DNA of 63,848 nucleotides, counting the filler, from Stramenopiles sp. TOSAG23-3 (lineage: Eukaryota): the NCBI GenBank assembly GCA_900128585.1. It is 8 parts of 8 records of this genome, joined end to end, with 100 filler letters (N's around TTAATTAATTAA, not from the genome) between each part and the next. Parts side by side here need not be neighbours in the genome. Positions count along the whole stretch, not along the records: positions 50,553 to 60,506 come from LT642861.1; positions 60,607 to 62,177 come from LT645674.1; positions 62,278 to 63,848 come from LT645675.1; 5 more parts are not named here. One strand, 5' to 3'. The notes beneath the pieces were generated by a model. It was given only the letters and a program-made list of their open reading frames with translations, was not told where the DNA came from and did not search any database. How positions within the stretch are numbered: the stretch's first letter is position 1; each line of letters starts with the position of its first letter. Shown piece after piece: positions 53,853-63,848 of this stretch. The position numbers were made by a program, and so were the translations under genes.

Positions 53853-56247
53853 TTACTGCATTCCAAATCCAAAACACTCCATTTGAATTGCACCGTCGAG
53901 GCACTGCCTTAAATCGTCTTCCTTCTTGTAAAGTGGCAAATCGATTCGATTAAAGCAGGTATGGGCCCGGGGAAACTTTGCCTCACTTACAGCGACGCTA
54001 TCAATCGTGAACGGCCGCAGCGTGCCGTCGTTGCCCTGCAGCCCCTGAAAGCCTTGGACGGGCACGCGAGAGGTGCCGGTGACAAACTGGAGGAGTCGAG
54101 CCCTTTGCTCTTGCGAAAAATTGTCGACGGCGTCCCAGAACCACTTCACGACTTTGTGATTGATTTTCTTTTTTGCATACTCGCCTTTATACACCGTACT
54201 TTTCTTCCAGTCGTTGACGTCAATGGTCGGAAGACCGCACGCCAACAGTTCCAGTTCCTGGAAATCAAAAATAGAGATTAAATGCTGAGGGATGATCTCG
54301 TAGAAACCTTTCAAGAACATTCCCAGCTGGTCCGAAACACGGTCTACCAGGACAAACTTTACCATCAGCTTCACGTACTCGTTCCTGTTTTCGGGAGTGA
54401 CCTCGATGTTCTCACCCCCCGATTTCAAGGGCCAGACCTCTGTAGACCCGAAACTCGTCACAGTCGTCGTAAAGTCGAGGCAAAGGTCAGCGACGGAGCT
54501 TTCGTCGATTTCCTCGACTTGGCGAAGCGTTTTCCCAAGGACAGCATCGACGTACTCTACGTCCGATATGTCCACAGGAAAGCCTATGATGTGCTTGTAT
54601 AAGGGCAAGCTCAAATGATGCGGGCAGGTAAACCCATCAAAAATCGCCTTTGCCATCATCCGCCCCGCAAATTTGAAGTACTGCAGGTGGGCCTCGTTGG
54701 CAACGCCGGAATTCGGGTTTATGCTGAACGACAAATTGCTCACCTCTGAGAAAAGAAACAGTCCAAAATCCACATTAAAGAGTTGTTCAAAAAGCAACGT
54801 GTAAAACTCCCGAGACACCCCACCGTAATCTAAGCCTTCCTCACCGACGAATTCGTACATGAACGCGCGCCGAAAGGCTTCCTTCTCCATTTGAAGCACG
54901 GTGTTGAAGGCGTCCTCCAACAACCTATCGCGGCGAATTTTCACTTTGATGACGCCACGCTCCCGGGGTATCTTAATCTTATGCTGCAGGAACAAATTCA
55001 TGTACCGCACCTTGTTTTCAAACGGGAGGGCGGCAGCCCCTTCGACATCATCCTCTTGAATGTTAAACATCTGCACTTCTCCTGAATGCACCTTTTGCCC
55101 GGCCGCCGCGACCAAGCTTATTTTTCCATCGACACCTATCTGCCGCACCCAGCCGGCTTCGGCCGCACTCTCTGCTTCCTCCCCTGACTTTGAGGACGCC
55201 ACCACCATTTTCCCCCGCTTCGTCGATTCCCTTCTGAGCTTTCGAACGAGGTCTTTCTTTTCGATGCACTTTGTGTGGTCAACTTGGAGATCGTCCAGCC
55301 GCTGCTTCAGCTCCCCCGAGCTTAATTTTCCTAGCTCACCGTGGGCAACGTTCAGCCTTCTCACTAGCTCAATCTTCTCGATGCAGTCGTCATAATCGAA
55401 CCCCATCGCGTCCAGGCGGGCCCGGAGCTGCCTGATCGGCAGCTTCATCAACTCCTCTTCGGTCTCAAGCTCGATGGTGCCGATGTCGATCGTCAGCTCC
55501 TCTTCTTCCATTTGGCGCACCCACGTGTACGTTCCATCCGCCCCACGCTGGCGCTTCCACTGCCGTTTCGATTTTCTCAACTGGTTTGCACGCCGCAAGC
55601 GAAATGCGTCCGCGGTAGACTCGCTCTTGGTGTGCCCTATCTGCTTTTGCGCGCCGCACATGACGCACGCTCCTATGCGAACAGAATTTGTATGGCTGCA
55701 CAGGTGGCACTGCCAACTTGTCAACTGACCCTGCCGACCTTGCTGGATCGCCAACAGAATGCCGCAGGGGCACCGAAACTGCGGGGCCCCAGGCGGGGCA
55801 CGGAGGAGTAGCGAGCACCGCGGGCAACGCACTAGCGTCGACTCTGCCGACTGTTCGGCCGGGTTGGGCTGGGAGGCCTGCTGCAGCAAAAAGTTGTGGC
55901 CCACTTGCATTTCCAGCACCCGCCCGCAGGGGCAACGGAAGCGGGGGGCACCCGGAGGCGGAATCAAATGCCTCCTGCAGTGGGGGCAACCTACCACGTT
56001 ACTCCTGTTTTGGCCCTGTTGTCGTCGCGCCCCCCCACCGCCACCTTGGGGGGGGGGAAGGGCCGTCCCCTCCCCTGTTGTTCCCTGCCGAACCTTGCGA
56101 TGAATGGACGACAATATTACCACAACTGGGGCATCCAATATTTACATTTGCTTGGACCCCATTGGGTATCATCAACTGCTGGTTGCATGCCGCGCAACTC
56201 ACGCGACGCCCCTGCCCATTTTGTTGGACGGACCCCGCCGCACCCAT
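53853..56247 (-). CDS. HECT E3 ubiquitin ligase with LSD1-type and RanBP2-type zinc fingers; apparent frameshift in the G10 run at 56048-56057
   Basis: EEGLDYGGVSRE, LLQFVTGTSRVP, RAHTCFNRIDLP; CPHC..FRCPCG fingers; WQCHLCSHTN...CVMC; upstream frame begins MGAAGS. Confidence 0.9.
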
Positions 56248-56979
56248 CGTCCAAGTCAGGTGAAGCTCCCTGTCGTTCAAGGAGAACGACGCCGACAACA
56301 GCCAACCGCCAAAAAAAGAAAGAAAACCAATCTAAGAAAACTAAAATCAAATGCCTCAAATGGTTTTCAAATAACAGATCAATAGAATATCTTCCAAGGC
56401 AATCAATCGGTAGGAAGAAAAACTCTCCCTCTCTCTCCCTCTCTCTCTGATTTTTCCCTTACTGTCCCAATTTATTTATAATGAAAGTAAGTGAAACAAA
56501 ATGATTCTCTTCTTTTTTTATAATAATAAATACCATAATACTTATAGTAAATAAAAATTACATAATGTATAATAATGGGGCATGGGGCGGGAAGAATGAG
56601 ATGATCATCCTCCTCCTCCCCTTCCCCATGCCCCCTCTCCTTCGATGTTATTCCTTATCTGGTATTATTTATATTTTAATACCTGTACGTACCATAGGAA
56701 ATAAAGACAACTTCACAAACTCGGCCTGCTGTGTGCCTTAATTAATAATAATTATTTTATTATTATTACCAAGGGAAGTAGTCGGTCTATTATTAAGAAA
56801 AAATACAAAAAAAGTTCAACCCAAAGAATGTATTGTATGAAATGATATAGTTTTATGAATACAGTGAAATTTCCTGTTATTTGAATTTTATAAAATGTAT
56901 ACGCCTTCTCTTATTTTTTATCATTGAAAAGAGATGGTGCAGCACACCGTCTCGTAACGCACGTGTCTACCCTGTTGGA

Positions 56980-57582
56980 ATGAACGCGAAGACCATTAGG
57001 CTTTTGTCAGGTGGTCCTGGTACGGTCCTAGAGCTGACGACACTGTTTTATACAAAGGTGTTCAAAGATCCGATACTGGCATGTCTTTTTGAAAGTAAAG
57101 GGGAAGAACATCCTCATCGAATGTGTTTATTTATTTTAGATACGTGTGGTTTCAACAAGCAGTACACAGTAGAACGAAGTTGCCGCTGCGGTGATTCAAA
57201 ATACAACGCGCTAATGCAAGCTCACGAACGGGCGAAAAGCTGCCCCCTTCGAAACAATAGAAAACGAAAACTTGACAGAAGGACAGGCGAATACGGGGGC
57301 CCATTCACAGAGAGCCAGAAACGGCATTGGCTTCGTCATTTTTTCGATGCCGTAGACGAGTTGGAACTTCACACGACGTTTAAAAAAGTTTTCAAGAATT
57401 GGTTAACTTTTAGTATGGGGAAATATGCCCCGTTTGCACCTGATCGGGTCGATGCCAGAAAGAAAAAATCGACTGTTGTTGACAAGAGGGCAAAAAAGCG
57501 CAAGAAACAATCAAATGCATCGCCGTTGATACCGTCAAGCACCCAAAAACCTGTACATAGCAACAATTGTGTGATTCATTGA
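56980..57582 (+). CDS. Truncated (2/2) globin-like protein with basic tail
   Basis: LSGGPGTVLELTTLFYTKVFKDPILACLF...H...AH...FTESQKRHWLRHFFDAVDE. Confidence 0.65.
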   Translation: MNAKTIRLLSGGPGTVLELTTLFYTKVFKDPILACLFESKGEEHPHRMCLFILDTCGFNKQYTVERSCRCGDSKYNALMQAHERAKSCPLRNNRKRKLDRRTGEYGGPFTESQKRHWLRHFFDAVDELELHTTFKKVFKNWLTFSMGKYAPFAPDRVDARKKKSTVVDKRAKKRKKQSNASPLIPSSTQKPVHSNNCVIH

Positions 57583-58317
57583 AAAGGATCCAAAAATGAA
57601 AAGAAAGAGAGAGAAAGAAGGAATTACTACCGTTTATAAAGTGTATTGTATACATACATACGTACAATGTAATAAAAAAACGAGAGAATTCCTTGCGTTC
57701 CCGTTTGGTATTATACAGGTACCAAGTACAAGTACCAGGTACAAGGTACCCGTACACAAAGTTTTAATTAATTATATCCGCGGCGGTCTCCTCGTACGTA
57801 CCAATATTACATTACATTACGAAGGGACGATACCGGTACGGGGAACCTGGTTTGGAGGAAGGAAGAAGTTGGAAGAGAAGAACTAGACGTTATTAAATAA
57901 AAAGAAGATAAAAGAAGAAAAAAAAAGTGAAGAAATAATAATAAATAATAATGAGATGAATGAATATTATTATAATTACTGAATGCTGTGTTTATGTTGT
58001 TGTTATATTTTAATCTTACAACGACGACGACTAACTATAAAAATTTAAAATAAAAAATTTCAACACATATTTTTTAACTAACGTGAAATGTGTTGGATGG
58101 AGGACTATTTTTTAAAAATTAGTATCACGTCGTCGACGATATCTCTCTTCTAGTTTTGTTCAGGGACACAAAAGATATTAGCAAGTAAGAAAGAAAAGGT
58201 CTTTTAAATACAAAGTCTAGTAACGTAATACAGGACGCGTTGGTTTTTCAGACGTACTGTTTCATAGGTTGCTATTTTTCAGGTCAACGGAGAGAGTGAG
58301 TGTTTGAAGAAAAAGTA

Positions 58318-60318
58318 ATGTCACGTGCGGCCGCTTTACTTCGTGCTGGTGCTGCGAAAAAGAAAACGGTAGAGGAGAATCCGATATGGGCAAAAACAGA
58401 CTGGGAGGGCAACACTATGGTAGAGTTCAAGAGCGATGGTTTATGGGGCTATAAAACTATGCCAGGGGTACCGAACGATAACTCTGCGATGAACGCCATA
58501 AAAAAACGGTTCGGGTCAAAAAAGGAGGAGCCGACTAAACCAGCACCAAAGTTTCGCGTCTGCTCGTTCAACGTCCTGGCCCAGTGTTACGTCAACCAGG
58601 TACGGTTTCCATACGTATTGAACCATGCGTTAAAGTGGCGATACAGACGCGTGCAGTTAATGAAAGAGGTTCTAAGTTATAACGCTGACGTTCTTTGCCT
58701 TCAGGAGTGCGATAACTACCGGGAATGGTGGCAAGGGAAAATGGGGTTGGCGGGCTACGACGGGGTCTTTTTGAAAAAGGATGGGAATTTTAAGGACGGG
58801 CTGGCAATATTTTACAAACGAGACCTGTTCCAGCTCTTTCGTACGAAAGAGATACATTTTAATGACATTGGAGGGTTTTTGGAAGGAGGGAACCCGGAGC
58901 GTGCACAGACGGATGATGTTGGGTTGATTCTTGGGCTTCAACCGTGGGAAGACTCGCCCCATCCCTCGGCTATCTGTGTTGCTAACGTGCAGCTGCAGGC
59001 CGACCGCACCCTTCGGGCGGTACAAAAAGCGCAGTCGCGCAAGTTTATGTTTGAGTGCGAAAACTTCAACGCCCAGTTCCAAGCACCCATGGTCATCTGT
59101 GGGTCGTTCAATTGCACTCCATCATCGGAAATTTATGGGATTATGTGCACGGGGAAAGTTCCTGAACGTCCGCAGCCCCCCTCAAAGATGAAGTACGCGC
59201 CGATAGTCAGCGAGCCGTCGCGGTCCACCATTAAAGTCGAGTGGGAAGCACCGTTTGAGGGCGATGCCCCGATCACCGGCTACAAAGTCAAGCGCAGAGC
59301 AGGGGGAAACACTGCGGTAGGTTTCACAAAAGAAATAGACGTTCCCGGAGAACACATTAGACACTTCATTGTATGTTTGTTAAGCAGCGGAACAACGTAC
59401 GAGTTTATCGTTGCTGCGTACAGCAGTGTCGGCGTTGGCGAATTTAGTGACCCCTCTTTGCCAATATCGACAAACTTTAATGCTGCCAATCCACCGTTGC
59501 ACATGCACTTGAAAAGCAAGGTAAAGCAGGACACCTTGGGGCGTGTTCGTGGAACAGACGATACAGATGACGCGAACAAAAAGTGCCCCTTTGACACTCA
59601 CGAGGCAGACGATTACGACAGTAGCGACGACGATGATGTTGGGTGGGGCTACGGTCACAGTACCGGGGCGTACGGTGTTGGGGAGATGGTGGCACCGAGC
59701 GGTCAGGGGTTGACTAATACAACGCCAAGGTTTGATGATGGGAGAGCAAACATGAGAATATCACCTGTGCGGAAACGATACGCAACCGGCACGGGCAGAA
59801 GACACCAGGCCCAAATTCACTGCATGTGCTTGGCATCGGCGTACGGCAAGTACAAAGGAGGGGAGGAACCTCGCTGCACGTTCATTCATGAGGGCCACCG
59901 CGAGACGTACGACTACATATTTTTCTCTCATGAGTCGCTTATTCCGACTCGTGTACTCAGTGTCCCTACTGGGACTGATTTACGAGACGTGGACCCCCGC
60001 CAACCGAAAAAAATTGACGATCCGTTCGACAAGAAGCCTCCTGGGTGGGACGATCGAAAGGAAATACCTGTCCCGGGCCAGGACGATGGGGAAATGATGG
60101 AGAACCCAGATTACAAAGGTGAATGGAAGCCACGCCGAGTCGGCAACATGAATCGCTGGCACAGTTTGCTCCCGAACTCCACATTTTCTTCGGATCACTT
60201 CGCACTCATGTCGGAATTGCAGTATTTGCCAAAGTACGTGAGTGGCAACGGTTGGAACAGCGACGTGGTTCTGAAGAGTAAATCGAAAGGAAACGAAGAC
60301 CAAGGTGGTCACAAATGA
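58318..60318 (+). CDS. CCR4/nocturnin/Angel-like EEP protein with inserted FN3 domain and calreticulin P-domain-like repeat
   Basis: FRVCSFNVLAQ, LKWRYR, ADVLCLQECD, DGLAIFYK, DYIFF, SDH; FN3 IKVEWEAP..ITGYKV..LSSGTTYEFIVAAYSSVGVG. Confidence 0.85.
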   Translation: MSRAAALLRAGAAKKKTVEENPIWAKTDWEGNTMVEFKSDGLWGYKTMPGVPNDNSAMNAIKKRFGSKKEEPTKPAPKFRVCSFNVLAQCYVNQVRFPYVLNHALKWRYRRVQLMKEVLSYNADVLCLQECDNYREWWQGKMGLAGYDGVFLKKDGNFKDGLAIFYKRDLFQLFRTKEIHFNDIGGFLEGGNPERAQTDDVGLILGLQPWEDSPHPSAICVANVQLQADRTLRAVQKAQSRKFMFECENFNAQFQAPMVICGSFNCTPSSEIYGIMCTGKVPERPQPPSKMKYAPIVSEPSRSTIKVEWEAPFEGDAPITGYKVKRRAGGNTAVGFTKEIDVPGEHIRHFIVCLLSSGTTYEFIVAAYSSVGVGEFSDPSLPISTNFNAANPPLHMHLKSKVKQDTLGRVRGTDDTDDANKKCPFDTHEADDYDSSDDDDVGWGYGHSTGAYGVGEMVAPSGQGLTNTTPRFDDGRANMRISPVRKRYATGTGRRHQAQIHCMCLASAYGKYKGGEEPRCTFIHEGHRETYDYIFFSHESLIPTRVLSVPTGTDLRDVDPRQPKKIDDPFDKKPPGWDDRKEIPVPGQDDGEMMENPDYKGEWKPRRVGNMNRWHSLLPNSTFSSDHFALMSELQYLPKYVSGNGWNSDVVLKSKSKGNEDQGGHK

Positions 60319-60506
60319 GGCAGAGCGTGCGTAGAAAAGTAAAATAGTAGTTGGTATGTGTGTGCAATGCCATATTTTAGAGTTAAAAAAAGATTTTACG
60401 ACTAAGATGTTGTTTAGTAGTGTATTACTCAACAAAACAATAATACCCACTGTCTCAAACAATTTTATGTTAGTTTGAATGATGAATACCAGAAGTCTTA
60501 TTCTGG

Positions 60507-60606
60507 NNNNNNNNNNNNNNNNNNNNNNNNNNNNNNNNNNNNNNNNNNNNTTAATTAATTAANNNNNNNNNNNNNNNNNNNNNNNNNNNNNNNNNNNNNN
60601 NNNNNN
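60507..60606. other. Artificial contig linker
   Basis: N44-TTAATTAATTAA-N44. Confidence 0.99.
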
Positions 60607-60607
60607 T

Positions 60608-62177
60608 AATGGGCCGTGTTGTGCTGGCAATACGTGTGATGCTGGTACTTGTGCTGCGTGCGGTACCATTGGAGATAATTGTGGGGGGGGTAATGGGCCG
60701 TGTTGTGCTGGCAATACGTGTGATGCTGGTACGTGTGCTGCGAGCTGCAGCGATACCAATTGCCCCAATAATAAAGACGATGAGTGTTGTGGTTCAAAGG
60801 TGTGCACAGCTAAGGTTTGTGGTCCAGCCCGCCGCCGTCGCCAGCTCCGTGCCCTGGAACCCCGGACGACGTTCTTATCGACGTTGCCCAAAAAATACCG
60901 TGCACTCTTTCAGGACGTGCCCCGCCGAAGATTGGCAGAATCCCCCCTCGGCATTGCCCGCCGAAGGCTGTTGGCTGCCACTGGCTCCACGTCAGATCCA
61001 CCAGGAACGTTCGTGAACTTCGTTAAAGGTGGCTTAGAAATTTCGGCAACGTTCCAAAAAAGCGTAAATTTTGTTACCATGGCCGCGCACAACAATTTGT
61101 CGGTGGCGACAATCCGTCCTGGCGATACAAACGTGATCAATTTCGTAATAAAAGAATCTGTCACGGGAAACCATTTTGAGCCGTTTTGTGCCAACGATCA
61201 GAAAGGGCTGCAGTCAGAATGCAATCAAGACAGTGACTGTTGCAACGACATGAAGTGCGAATCGATGGGGGGTCCATCAATGTGCCAGTACGATATGGAT
61301 GACAACAGTAAGCGGTACCAATTAGGCAATTTTACAAGCTCGTTCTTCTCGAGCTCACACGCCATTTGCGACAAATTTGAAGTGATGCAGCAGAACGGTC
61401 CACCGACGGCAATCAGTTTCGGAACAGGGTGCAATTCAACGACAAATCTTGCTCCATCACTCCCGTATGAGGATAGAAAAATTACTCTCTGCGTCTCCCA
61501 CGCCTTCGGAGATCCCAAGAATGTACTGAACCCATCGTGCATGCTGCTCAGCAATAATGGTGGGCAAGATATAGATTGTCTCACGGGGGTTAAAGTAAGT
61601 TACGACAGCCCGGGGAGAGAACAAATTTACGGAAACACCTACAGTATTCCCATTAAAACGGGCGCCCAAACGGACGTGGGGAAAATGTACACCGTCAAGG
61701 TGGTCGCATGTTCGCACCAGAGTGCTTGGCAAACCTCGGACCCATACTCTCGCCAGAGGAGAAGCGCCATTCTTGTGATTCCGTACAAATTCGACAACAC
61801 CGAGAGCACGTGCGTTCAAACAGACCCGACCAGGTGCCCATCCGCTGCGTGCGCAGTGGGTGGAAACGAAAGCTACGCCCTTGACACTCTGGCATCCTTA
61901 CCAGCGGACGATTGCGCGTTCACTGGTACCATAGGGACGGACAAGAACCCTGATTACCCGTACTGCAGCAAAGACTCGGACTGTCCAACAAAATCTTGCA
62001 TATTGGATGAGAATAATGAAGAGTTCATCCCGTACAACACCACCCTGGTCAACGTTACCAGATACCAAAACGGGATCGGGATCGAAAACTGTACCAGTGA
62101 CACCAAGTGCAACAACTCGCAATGCGAAAGCTTAATAAAAAGTAGCGAGTGCCCAGAGGGCGGGGTCTGCAGAGAAT
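60608..62177 (+). CDS. Cys-rich extracellular protein, internal fragment partial at both ends
   Basis: Open frame across the whole contig; NGPCCAGNTCDAGTCAA twice (84-nt period); RRRQL, RRRL and RRRLL motifs. Confidence 0.75.
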
Positions 62178-62277
62178 NNNNNNNNNNNNNNNNNNNNNNN
62201 NNNNNNNNNNNNNNNNNNNNNTTAATTAATTAANNNNNNNNNNNNNNNNNNNNNNNNNNNNNNNNNNNNNNNNNNNN
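62178..62277. other. Artificial contig linker
   Basis: N44-TTAATTAATTAA-N44. Confidence 0.99.
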
Positions 62278-62503
62278 TTTTTTCTTTCTTCTTCCCGTCG
62301 TTAAATATTATTCTTTTATGAATTGCCTTTCTTATCTTTCTTTTGAATGACTGTTATGAAACGTACAACGGAGATAGTTAACAATCGTGTAAAAAAGGAT
62401 GTTTGCCACGTTCTATTGGAACCATTTATCAGATATCAGGAATTGTCTATTTTTGGTTTTCGTTGTGTCAGCTAGCCGGTGTAAGTGCAACGAATAGGTA
62501 GTC

Positions 62504-63664
62504 ATGGCGTCTCCGAATAGTCAGGAAGAATTAAGAATGCAGAAAATTTTATGGGAAGATGAGAAGAGCTATCTAGAAGATGAAATCAAAACGTTAGAAT
62601 CGGCCTATAAAGAAGTTGCTGTGGAGAAAGGGAAGTTTCATAAGTTATACTTGGCACTGAAAGAGGAAAAAGAAGCAGCGAAGAGGGATGAAGAGAGTAG
62701 GTTGGACAATGTGACGCGGTCACCAACCGACTTGGGTTCAATGACGCGGGTAAAAGTCACCGAAGTTACGACAGGCGCAGATACGCCACCAGGCAATAAA
62801 TCAACGATAGTTTGCAAAGATGAAATACACGGCGACACGAACATTTCCCCCGCCACCGACGTAGCTGAACCCTTTAGCTATAGTTCCGCTGATCTAGAGT
62901 CCCCGGAACCAAAATTTTACTCCAAAGTCAACATATCCGGCTGGTTGAGCATATCTCGGGATACGGAGATGTACTCTGCCGAGCGTTGGGTGACTGTGAA
63001 AGGCAACATGATGTGTTTGTACATTGATTCGTTTGCCTCCGTGCCAGTATGTGGGTTCCAGCTGTTTAGTAATACTGTTGTTTCAATCCCAAAATCATCG
63101 CCCAAGAATCGTGCGCTTGGTGTTTCTCCCCACCAATTTGTTATCCAGAGCCCAGACAATTTTTTGCAATACCGTTTTGTCTGCAAAAACCGAAAAGACT
63201 TGGAATACTGGGTAGATTCTTTGAAAAATGTATGCAGTTGCACGAAAAGTGACGATGGAAACAATCCTAGCACTAGTTTGTTCCCCCCAAAAGAAAGTTC
63301 GGCGGAACAACGAAAATCACTTTTGGAAGATTGCCGCCAGCAATATGGGGGCGATCTCACCACCAGAATGGATCAGATTTTCTTAGTGATGGAGGAAGAA
63401 TACGAAGAATCTATTCAAAAGTTCATTACAGGTGCAGTCGAGAAAGGCACCACCCTGGGACCCGCTGATGTTGATAGCCGTGGTAGCAGCCGTGTCAACA
63501 CAACACAACGCGTACTCGCAGAGCTTGATAGCGAGGCGTTGATTAATGACGTACGAAACAACGAGAACAAGGCAAAGCTGATGGCCATTGGTCAACGCGT
63601 GAAAGCATTGAAATTGCTAAAATCTCGTGTCGCACAAATTAAAAGAAGCATTAAATCCCCATGA
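62504..63664 (+). CDS. Coiled-coil plus PH domain protein
   Basis: ISGWLSI..ERWVTVKGNMMCLY..HQFVI..FVCKNRKDLEYWVDSLK. Confidence 0.8.
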   Translation: MASPNSQEELRMQKILWEDEKSYLEDEIKTLESAYKEVAVEKGKFHKLYLALKEEKEAAKRDEESRLDNVTRSPTDLGSMTRVKVTEVTTGADTPPGNKSTIVCKDEIHGDTNISPATDVAEPFSYSSADLESPEPKFYSKVNISGWLSISRDTEMYSAERWVTVKGNMMCLYIDSFASVPVCGFQLFSNTVVSIPKSSPKNRALGVSPHQFVIQSPDNFLQYRFVCKNRKDLEYWVDSLKNVCSCTKSDDGNNPSTSLFPPKESSAEQRKSLLEDCRQQYGGDLTTRMDQIFLVMEEEYEESIQKFITGAVEKGTTLGPADVDSRGSSRVNTTQRVLAELDSEALINDVRNNENKAKLMAIGQRVKALKLLKSRVAQIKRSIKSP

Positions 63665-63816
63665 ATTTGGAAGTTATATGTATTCCTTTGAAAGGAATAC
63701 ACAATTTCGATTTTTGTACGAGTAAAACTATAAGACATTTTACTGAAGTACATACTGAAGGAAGTAATGTGCTTTTTTAAATAATTTGGAAAGTATCTAT
63801 CCATCATGATTTATCA

Positions 63817-63840
63817 ACAACAGCCAATTTTTCGTTTTTA
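63817..63840 (-). repeat. Dispersed repeat family copy (reverse, degenerate)
   Basis: acaacagccaatttttcgttttta. Confidence 0.65.
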
Positions 63841-63848
63841 ATAAAAAA

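Noticed and set aside
56980-57582. Globin as part of the sulfide module
   Set aside because: It is on a different contig and there is no linkage evidence.

Overview
This is eukaryotic nuclear DNA from a gene-dense, intron-poor, probably flagellated protist. A stramenopile-like origin is an inference. Coding regions are GC-rich and spacers are AT-rich with microsatellites. The window is not contiguous: eight contigs (about 10020, 10015, 10015, 10002, 10000, 9954, 1571 and 1571 bp) are joined by artificial N44-TTAATTAATTAA-N44 linkers, so adjacency across linkers means nothing. Recognisable genes: DUF4062+NACHT STAND ATPase, CCR/DFR-like reductase, jouberin/AHI1, spliced tandem double FKBP, PHTF-like membrane protein, TRAP1, 3R-MYB, Nup93, YeeE/YedE sulfur transporter, rhodanese-ETHE1 fusion, ubiquitin (partial), double bZIP, uL22m, GH33 sialidase, PIG-A, triple-bromodomain protein, mitochondrial GPD2, HECT E3, truncated globin, CCR4-like EEP protein and a PH protein. 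Best candidate system: a divergent YeeE/YedE plus rhodanese-persulfide dioxygenase pair that mirrors bacterial blh/yeeE sulfur-detoxification operons. Also notable: a dispersed AT-rich MITE-like repeat family found almost only downstream of gene 3' ends, and several unusual domain architectures.
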